Part shown: positions 51,748-57,230 of the stretch, piece by piece | How the letters are laid out: each line of letters opens with the position of its first letter | How positions within the stretch are numbered: position 1 is the stretch's first letter | From: Candidatus Nanohalarchaeota archaeon | GTDB taxonomy: Archaea; EX4484-52; B79-G9 | Assembly: GCA_030634545.1 (NCBI GenBank) | Contig: DAOWAN010000002.1 | Location: forward strand, 1 to 57,230 | Length of the DNA: 57,230 bases | Reading direction: 5' to 3' | Made by a program: the position numbers and the translations under genes | Notes under the pieces: model-generated | The model's input: the letters and a program-made list of their open reading frames with translations, nothing else | What the model was told of the DNA's origin: nothing | Databases searched by the model: none

Positions 51748-52031
51748 TTTTTCGGCACTAAGACTTCTAATGATTTTATGTCTATAAAAGACATTTTTTG
51801 TGTTTTAAAAACAGCTACCTTTACATCACTTGTATTGTTTTTATAATGACAAATTTCAAGTTTTCTTCTTTTATCTAACTGTGTTTTAGTAAAAAGCCAT
51901 GTCAACATTGGATAATGAAAACTCAAAAATCTTCCAATATATATTTCCTTATGTCTTGTTTCTATTTTTAATATGTCTCCTTCCTCAAAAGTTGTGTTGC
52001 CATATCTTCCCATCTGTATTAATTTTTCCAT
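51744..52031 (-). CDS. hypothetical protein (95 aa)
   Basis: AGGTGATTAAACA-ATG with a 4-nt overlap onto the downstream gene. Confidence 0.6.
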   Translation of the reverse strand: MEKLIQMGRYGNTTFEEGDILKIETRHKEIYIGRFLSFHYPMLTWLFTKTQLDKRRKLEICHYKNNTSDVKVAVFKTQKMSFIDIKSLEVLVPKK

Positions 52032-52133
52032 TGTTTAATCACCTAATTTTACATTTACAATCTTTTTCATTCCAACTTGTATGATTGCCCCAAGTTATTA
52101 ACCACCAAAATATTTCTGATAATTTCATTTATA

Positions 52134-52943
52134 TCACCCTGTTGTATTTGTTAGATTCTGTGTTATGTTCCACGCAAAATCAAAATTAATCTTTGTTCCT
52201 AAAAACAAGCCGATTGTCTTGAACAATGCACCAGTAAGAAGATAATGCCCGATGCCTTTGAACGCAATAATCCAGTGCCACCATTGGTTAATCAGCAACC
52301 TGTCTATAAAGTGGAAAAGGTTTGTTGCTATGGCTTTGACAAGTCCAAAACCTACCAGATTTGTTATAGGAACAAAGTTGAACGTGATGACCTTTGAAAT
52401 GAAAATCATGTTTCCGATATTTGAAAATATCAGGAATATGTATAGCATCAGGAAAGCGTACCAGCTTATCTCAGATTTTGGTGTGGACTCATTGATTGGT
52501 AATTTGTCAATGTCCCTGCCTAATTTTTTTACGATGAGATTCATTGGAAACGTCCATGAATACTGCCTTACTAGATAACAGAATGCCCTGTGCCACCAGA
52601 TGTAAAAGAAACTTTCCTTGATGACCAATGCTAGAGTTATTATTGCCTGCCATAATGTCGGGCTTGCTATCCTGCTGAAATCAACTGACATATCATAAAT
52701 CTTCTGGTCAACTGTGATGACTGTCTTGACCATCTGCATGACACCAGCCAATACACTGTGCTGTTGGATTCCGACAGAAATTGCTATGCCGATTGTTGTG
52801 ATGAAGGCAATCAGACCGTACCATCTCAACAGTTTAGCACCAATGGTGAGACCTGCACCGAGCAGAAAATCTTTTGAAAAGATGAAACTCAGTATCTTGA
52901 CAAATTTTCCACCTAGAGAAGCAATTATGTTTTTAATAGCCAT
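52134..52943 (-). CDS. polytopic integral membrane protein (269 aa, about 6-7 TM)
   Basis: Many hydrophobic helices. First gene of the minus-strand block, with a TATA box 22 nt upstream. Confidence 0.8.
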   Translation of the reverse strand: MAIKNIIASLGGKFVKILSFIFSKDFLLGAGLTIGAKLLRWYGLIAFITTIGIAISVGIQQHSVLAGVMQMVKTVITVDQKIYDMSVDFSRIASPTLWQAIITLALVIKESFFYIWWHRAFCYLVRQYSWTFPMNLIVKKLGRDIDKLPINESTPKSEISWYAFLMLYIFLIFSNIGNMIFISKVITFNFVPITNLVGFGLVKAIATNLFHFIDRLLINQWWHWIIAFKGIGHYLLTGALFKTIGLFLGTKINFDFAWNITQNLTNTTG

Positions 52944-52965
52944 TAAATAAAATAATTATTAAAGG

Positions 52966-52982
52966 GATTTATATATTTTCTT
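52966..52982 (-). promoter_or_regulatory. TATA-box promoter of the minus-strand block
   Basis: The coding strand reads AAGAAAATATATAAATC, ending 22 nt from the ATG at 52943. Confidence 0.6.
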
Positions 52983-52999
52983 TATTTTTGCCAGTGTGC

Positions 53000-53029
53000 G
53001 TCATATCATGTCATAACTGCGTCATAACT
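53000..53029. repeat. three phased GTCATA(ACT) direct repeats (period 10-11 bp)
   Basis: GTCATA at 53000, 53010 and 53021. The last two extend to GTCATAACT. Confidence 0.7.
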
Positions 53030-53066
53030 TTCAAGAATTGACAATATTTCCTACTTGTTATATATA

Positions 53067-53084
53067 TTTCCAAATTTTTGGAAA
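53067..53084. repeat. 18-bp perfect palindrome
   Basis: tttccaaa-tt-tttggaaa, with 8-bp arms. Confidence 0.85.
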
Positions 53085-53094
53085 CATTTCAAAT

Positions 53095-53124
53095 TAGCTT
53101 ACTTTTAGCTTATCTTTGGCTTAC
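53095..53124. repeat. three phased T(A/G)GCTTA(C/T) direct repeats (period 11-12 bp)
   Basis: tagcttac at 53095, tagcttat at 53106 and ggcttac at 53118. A related attagctacttttagttaca lies at 24841-24860. Confidence 0.65.
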
Positions 53125-53243
53125 AGAATTAGTGTTTTAAAAAGTGGCAATTATTAAATAACTACTTATATAAGTAAGAAAACGTTAATATAACTGTGAA
53201 GTTATTAATAATTATTAATGATTGTTAACCAGAACTAGATTAA

Positions 53244-53259
53244 AAGAAAATATATAAAC
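53244..53259 (+). promoter_or_regulatory. TATA-box promoter of the plus-strand block
   Basis: AAGAAAATATATAAAC, ending 22 nt from the ATG at 53282, with no SD. Confidence 0.6.
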
Positions 53260-53281
53260 AAGCTTTCTAATTAAAAAGTGT

Positions 53282-53635
53282 ATGGGTATTGAACAAACAA
53301 TAAATGACTTCTTTATGTGTGCTGATAAAGTAATCGAAAAACAGGATTCTGACCTGATAAATAGCCTGCTTGACATAGTCGGGTACATGGACAATTACAA
53401 TGATAATTTAAGGGTCTTATACCAGTTCTTCAAGAAAGACGGCTCTGTGAAGTACCCTGCACGATGCCAGTTGGAAGCGTTCATCGATGCTAGGATAATG
53501 GATGTCAATTCTTTTGTCAGCAAAGTCAAAGAAAAATATAAGCTTGGAATTGCGGTCAAGACTGAATCTGGTGAAAAAATAGATTTCTGGGTGAAGAGAG
53601 TCGAAAAGCGTGAAAAAGAGCTTAATCTGAAATAA
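53282..53635 (+). CDS. hypothetical protein (117 aa)
   Basis: ATG ORF, first gene after the divergent promoter. Confidence 0.7.
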   Translation: MGIEQTINDFFMCADKVIEKQDSDLINSLLDIVGYMDNYNDNLRVLYQFFKKDGSVKYPARCQLEAFIDARIMDVNSFVSKVKEKYKLGIAVKTESGEKIDFWVKRVEKREKELNLK

Positions 53636-53636
53636 A

Positions 53637-54071
53637 ATGCAACTTATCAAACAGATTGTCATGAAAGACTATCAGAAATATATAGAGAATAATCTCAACA
53701 ACAGGTTCTTCCCTTTTGAGATTGGACAGGCTATCAGCCTTGCTATGGTCGTGCTTGAAGAAGATAAAGGTGCTGAGTTCGATGATACTTTGATTAAAGA
53801 TGTAAATAAATTATATAAGCAGTACCACACACTGCCTTTTGAGAAGACACGGCACATAATGGATGAGGAACTGCGTGAGAAAGAATATCACAGGCTGAAG
53901 AGCAATATCGCATTCTCCTTGAAGGAAAAGATTGACCAGTTGATGAGAGTCATATATGAATTCTTTAAAAAATATAAAGAAGTTGAAGTTGTTGAAAAAG
54001 ATGAACGGAAATTTGAAGGGAAAGGCGTTGTAGCTGTGATATATCCGCATCATACTTATGAAGTACATTGA
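53637..54071 (+). CDS. hypothetical protein (144 aa)
   Basis: ATG ORF starting 1 nt after the upstream stop. Confidence 0.7.
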   Translation: MQLIKQIVMKDYQKYIENNLNNRFFPFEIGQAISLAMVVLEEDKGAEFDDTLIKDVNKLYKQYHTLPFEKTRHIMDEELREKEYHRLKSNIAFSLKEKIDQLMRVIYEFFKKYKEVEVVEKDERKFEGKGVVAVIYPHHTYEVH

Positions 54072-54167
54072 AAATGAATTTAATAAAGATTGTGGCTCAA
54101 CAAAGAATGGGAATGACAGTTCGAGCTAAATCAGTTTATTTTTATCACTTAAAAAATAATTATTAAA

Positions 54168-54464
54168 ATGTGTAACAAAAGAAATTCAACAGAGATTCCG
54201 TATGGAAATCAAGCTAATCAATTTGCCAAAGTTGATGACTGTGTTGCAAAAGAAACAATAAAACTTAATAAGAAAGGAATCCCCACGTTATCTTCTTGTT
54301 GTGGACATGGCATCTATAAAAAAACTATTGTTGTTCTGCATAAAGATAAAAAGACAAGAGTTGAATATTTCAGCAAAAAAGTTATCCCAAGAATAAGAAG
54401 ATTCTATAAAAAAGATGATGAGGGTTATTATTACATCCCAGAGGTTGAAGATGGTAAAAATTGA
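54168..54464 (+). CDS. hypothetical Cys-motif protein (98 aa)
   Basis: VDDCVAKETIKLNKKGIPTLSSCCGHG looks like a conserved metal- or active-site-type motif. I cannot place the family. Confidence 0.65.
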   Translation: MCNKRNSTEIPYGNQANQFAKVDDCVAKETIKLNKKGIPTLSSCCGHGIYKKTIVVLHKDKKTRVEYFSKKVIPRIRRFYKKDDEGYYYIPEVEDGKN

Positions 54465-54645
54465 AGTTGGATTGAACTTTACTGCTGATGAAAGAAGAGA
54501 AGTAGTTTTCAATAAAAAAGATTACCCGACCCTGTTTGATATTAACGAGAAGCAGAAATCATATAAAAAAGAGCAGAGAAAACTTGAAAAAGAAAGAGAG
54601 TTAAGAAAGCTTGAAAATGGTGAAAATGGTAAAGATTTACACTAA
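54451..54645 (+). CDS. hypothetical protein (64 aa)
   Basis: GAGGTTGAAG-ATG gives MVKIEVGLNF..., overlapping the upstream stop by 14 nt. The track start at 54415 is less likely. Confidence 0.5.
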   Translation: MVKIEVGLNFTADERREVVFNKKDYPTLFDINEKQKSYKKEQRKLEKERELRKLENGENGKDLH

Positions 54646-54716
54646 TTGGGATGGTGCAAAAGACGAGCACATTATAGATATGGAAAATTATTTATTTTAT
54701 TTAATCTCAAAAGAAA

Positions 54717-55247
54717 ATGGCAAAGAAAAAATTAATAAAAAAACAGGTAAAGAAACAAAAAGTGTATGAACCTCTGCCGATGACAACGCAGTTGGTCTTC
54801 AATGATTTGGCACTGTCACGTGTCGGTTACTATTGTGATAAGATTTATTACATGATTGAAGGCATGAATTTCCTGATGGCTGACCTGCCAGAGCTAGAGA
54901 AAGAACTGAAGAAGAAGTTCCCCAAACATTACCATTTATTGAAGATTAGCCAAATCATTGCAACTGAGATAAAAGTTTATTATGACGGTCTTGACGGGCA
55001 TCAGATAGCAAAAGATGACCTTACTTCTGAACGGTTCATTTCTTTTAAAAAAGCCTTACCAGATTTGCCATTCATCAACAAGCCTTTATACAAGATGTTC
55101 TATTTCCTTATCAAAAGAACCAAGCTGAAGAACTATTCAATACCTTCTATTTATTTCAGGATGGCGGAACGGAAGTATAAATCATTCGAGCCTAAAGATG
55201 AGCAGGCTCACCGTGACACGCATGATGAGGATGAGGATGAGGTTTGA
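54717..55247 (+). CDS. hypothetical protein (176 aa) with basic N-terminus and acidic C-terminus
   Basis: MAKKKLIKKQVKKQK...HDEDEDEV. Directly upstream of the ATPase gene and overlapping it. Confidence 0.7.
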   Translation: MAKKKLIKKQVKKQKVYEPLPMTTQLVFNDLALSRVGYYCDKIYYMIEGMNFLMADLPELEKELKKKFPKHYHLLKISQIIATEIKVYYDGLDGHQIAKDDLTSERFISFKKALPDLPFINKPLYKMFYFLIKRTKLKNYSIPSIYFRMAERKYKSFEPKDEQAHRDTHDEDEDEV

Positions 55248-56814
55248 AGAGAAAAAGCGTGTTGAATATCTGACTATCTTTGACCCGAATAAGAAATATA
55301 CTCAGGCAGTCAACAACGTGCAGGCATTGTTCTACGCACTTTCTGGTCAGGGTAAGACATTGGCTGTCGAGAAGTTTGTCGAGAAATTCAAGAAAGACGG
55401 CAGTTACATCCCGATAGTGATTACTGAAAAATTTATACACAGGCTTGAATTTGGTTTTGCTGGATTCAAGCCGAGACATAAGTATCACCTTGATTATCTG
55501 AAAGAGCAGGGCATAACGCCAGATAGGAAAGAGATTAAGATTCATGCACCATTCTCCTTCAATGACAATAGATACTGGCAGAAGAAGTTGTTCCCTGTCA
55601 ATCTTATAACGTTTCCTGTCAAAGAAATACCGCCTGAGATATGGGCAATCATCTTTGAAACATCAACAAAAGCACAATCCATTAATGCAGTTGTATCCGC
55701 ACAGAAAGATTTGCTTCCGCATGAAGGAGTTACTGATTTGATAAGGATTGCCAGCGAAAAGATTAGGAAGAATCAAGTCTCTGGCTCTGAAAAGACAATA
55801 AGTGACATCAAGACTTTCCTTGAACCGTTCCAGACAACTTATTTTTTAACTTCAGAGAATTGTGAATATAATTTCAATCCTGATGACATACTTTTGAACC
55901 CGATACCTTATCATATCTTTCATTACGGCTTCTTTCCAAGAGGTTATATCAAGCAGGAATACGTTGCGGTGAATCTTGTGCTTTATAATCTGATAAAAAG
56001 GTATGAAGAGCTTAGAAAAGACAGAAGGATGACGAGAAAACTGAATCCTTTGCTGTTGGTTATCCAAGAAGTGTTGGCATTCCTTCCGCAGAACTTTGAT
56101 GAGATATATATTGAGAAATCCGCACAGATATTTGAGAAGAATCTTCTTCAAATAAGGGGTTTGGGCATCTCAACTGTTGGGGACAGCCAAAAAGTGTTCC
56201 AGACAAATGAAAGGTACAGGGATTCAATGACAGTTGAGTATTATGGTAAGTTACCAACGCCAGATGTTGAAAGGCTTGGTAAAATACGAAGATATAATGT
56301 TGACCAGCGTACCAGGTTGGAAAGCATGCCGAAGAACCATTATTTTATGAAAGGAAGCTATAAAGAGTCTGTTTTTCTATTCCCTAGTCATGCACATTGC
56401 GAAGAAGGTGAAGATTTCTATGTCAGATATGCCGAAGAGTTCCCTGACAAGTTAAAAGATAATAAAACAGTGCATGATTACATGAAACAGCAGTTTAAGG
56501 ATGAACGTGACAGGCAGAAGGTGTTTTTAAAAGAAAAATTGAGGAAAAAGCGTGAAAAGAGGGTTGAGAAGGACTTGAAGAAGATTGAGAAGCTAGAAAA
56601 AAGTGAAGTTGAAAAAGAAAAAATGAGGTCTGAGATTAAAGTTAAGGATACAGAGCTTCAGAACCAGCTTTACATCAACATGTTCCGTGATTCTAAACTC
56701 AACGGGAAGAAGCTGTCATGGGTCAGGCTTGGCAAAAAGTATGATATGAATGATAAGACAGCCAAGAGCCATGCTGAAAAGGGCAAAGAACTCGTTAAGG
56801 AAGCCCCTGTATAA
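55198..56814 (+). CDS. P-loop NTPase, FtsK/HerA/VirB4-superfamily-like; candidate DNA translocation or packaging ATPase (538 aa)
   Basis: Walker A ALSGQGKT (aa 47-54, nt 55336-55359). Walker-B-like LLLVIQE (aa 285-291) is followed by IRGLGISTVGDSQ, resembling DEAH...gRk.Gi....tQ of HerA/VirB4-type ATPases. Lys/Glu coiled-coil tail. Start uncertain (ATGs at 55198-55237). Confidence 0.6.
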   Translation: MSRLTVTRMMRMRMRFEEKKRVEYLTIFDPNKKYTQAVNNVQALFYALSGQGKTLAVEKFVEKFKKDGSYIPIVITEKFIHRLEFGFAGFKPRHKYHLDYLKEQGITPDRKEIKIHAPFSFNDNRYWQKKLFPVNLITFPVKEIPPEIWAIIFETSTKAQSINAVVSAQKDLLPHEGVTDLIRIASEKIRKNQVSGSEKTISDIKTFLEPFQTTYFLTSENCEYNFNPDDILLNPIPYHIFHYGFFPRGYIKQEYVAVNLVLYNLIKRYEELRKDRRMTRKLNPLLLVIQEVLAFLPQNFDEIYIEKSAQIFEKNLLQIRGLGISTVGDSQKVFQTNERYRDSMTVEYYGKLPTPDVERLGKIRRYNVDQRTRLESMPKNHYFMKGSYKESVFLFPSHAHCEEGEDFYVRYAEEFPDKLKDNKTVHDYMKQQFKDERDRQKVFLKEKLRKKREKRVEKDLKKIEKLEKSEVEKEKMRSEIKVKDTELQNQLYINMFRDSKLNGKKLSWVRLGKKYDMNDKTAKSHAEKGKELVKEAPV

Positions 56815-57124
56815 GCATCACCTATGCGAAAAATCAGTTCGGATTCTATGAAAATTGATTTTTAAGAAAAAATTGGGATTGCTCTTATTAACACTGGTGA
56901 ATTCTTTTTTAGAATTTTTTGAAAGTTTTCCGAAACTCGTAATATAATTTTTGGGAAGCTGTGGGAGATTTTCCTTATATATTGTTTTAATAGAATACCC
57001 TCTATAAAACTTATTCATTTCCAAGCCCTCAGAGTGCCTTCGGAATTTACGAGCTAAGTACTTTAACACTTGCGAGAAAGGTTTTTGACTGATTGCCGTC
57101 ATTAACAATTTCACTTCTAAAATA

Positions 57125-57140
57125 AAAAAAATATATAAAC
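57125..57140 (+). promoter_or_regulatory. TATA-box promoter for the second copy of the 140-aa ORF
   Basis: AAAAAAATATATAAAC, ending 24 nt from the ATG at 57165. Confidence 0.55.
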
Positions 57141-57164
57141 TCGTAGTAACATTACATTTCTCGG

Positions 57165-57230
57165 ATGGTTAAAAGATTCTATTTCCAGATTAAAAGAAAC
57201 GTGCCAATGAGCAAAGCTGGTATGAAGTTA
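57165..57230 (+). CDS. 5' end (22 codons) of a second copy of the 198-620 ORF, truncated by the window edge
   Basis: 65 of 66 nt are identical to 198-263. The one difference (TTT at 210-212 vs TTC at 57177-57179) is synonymous (Phe5). Confidence 0.7.
   Translation, partial: MVKRFYFQIKRNVPMSKAGMKL

Noticed and set aside
53417-56257. Minus-strand ORFs inside the plus-strand block (53417-53662, 53672-53857, 53811-54068, 54288-54512, 55192-55545, 55852-56151, 56060-56257)
   Set aside because: They are antisense shadows of the coherent plus-strand genes. None has a TATA or SD signal.
54717-56814. TerS/TerL (small and large terminase) interpretation of the 176-aa and 538-aa gene pair
   Set aside because: The order and sizes fit. 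However, the Walker A-to-B spacing (about 235 aa), the post-Walker-B RGxG...SQ motif and the coiled-coil tail look more HerA/VirB4-like. I see no nuclease-domain motifs and no portal or capsid genes to go with it.
56818-57114. 98-aa minus-strand ORF between the ATPase gene and the second copy of the 140-aa ORF
   Set aside because: It starts at a GTG without an SD or promoter. Third positions are only about 50% A/T in the first 30 codons, and the sequence looks non-protein-like. I treat the region as non-coding, but with low certainty.
1-57230. Simple circular genome with an assembly overlap (direct terminal repeat)
   Set aside because: The end of the window matches 198-263, not 1-66. The sequences upstream of the two copies are unrelated, and the copies differ by a synonymous substitution. 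This is not a plain end-overlap artefact.

Overview
This window is visibly AT-rich (about one-third G+C by eye, not computed) and extremely gene-dense. It looks like a virus, provirus or other mobile element of a low-GC archaeon rather than core cellular DNA.

Layout:
- A short plus-strand block at 3-1468: the tail of an ORF, a 140-aa ORF and a serine recombinase.
- One uninterrupted minus-strand block of about 51.5 kb at 1456-52943.
- A plus-strand block at 53282-56814. It diverges from an intergenic region (52944-53281) that holds phased direct repeats and an 18-bp palindrome.
- A second copy of the start of the 140-aa ORF at 57165, running off the window end.

Archaeal signature: TATA-type boxes (consensus about AAAATATATAAAC) sit 22-27 nt upstream of the first ATG of each gene run, with no Shine-Dalgarno (SD) motif in between. 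Internal genes are preceded by GGTGA-type SD motifs and are often coupled by ATGA or TAATG overlaps.

Recognisable functions:
- serine recombinase, ASCH-domain protein, HNH endonuclease, FkbM-family methyltransferase and YopX-like protein
- membrane-anchored transglutaminase-like peptidase
- Topo VIA/Spo11-like Toprim protein and a GHKL ATPase carrying a C-terminal HExxH motif
- JAMM/MPN+ metalloprotease
- LamG-containing and beta-helix (PbH1/NosD-like) giant surface proteins
- a FtsK/HerA-like P-loop ATPase
- many wHTH and Zn-ribbon mini-proteins

The most striking part is 24921-52943. It is a 28-kb module made almost entirely of membrane or secreted, Cys-rich, N-x-S/T-rich proteins. Many of them share a polybasic MAKKK leader followed by a TM helix.

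I cannot recognise a capsid, portal, large terminase or tail gene anywhere in the window. I saw no rRNA, tRNA or CRISPR array. All calls rest on reading the ORF translations and the DNA by eye. No database searches were run.
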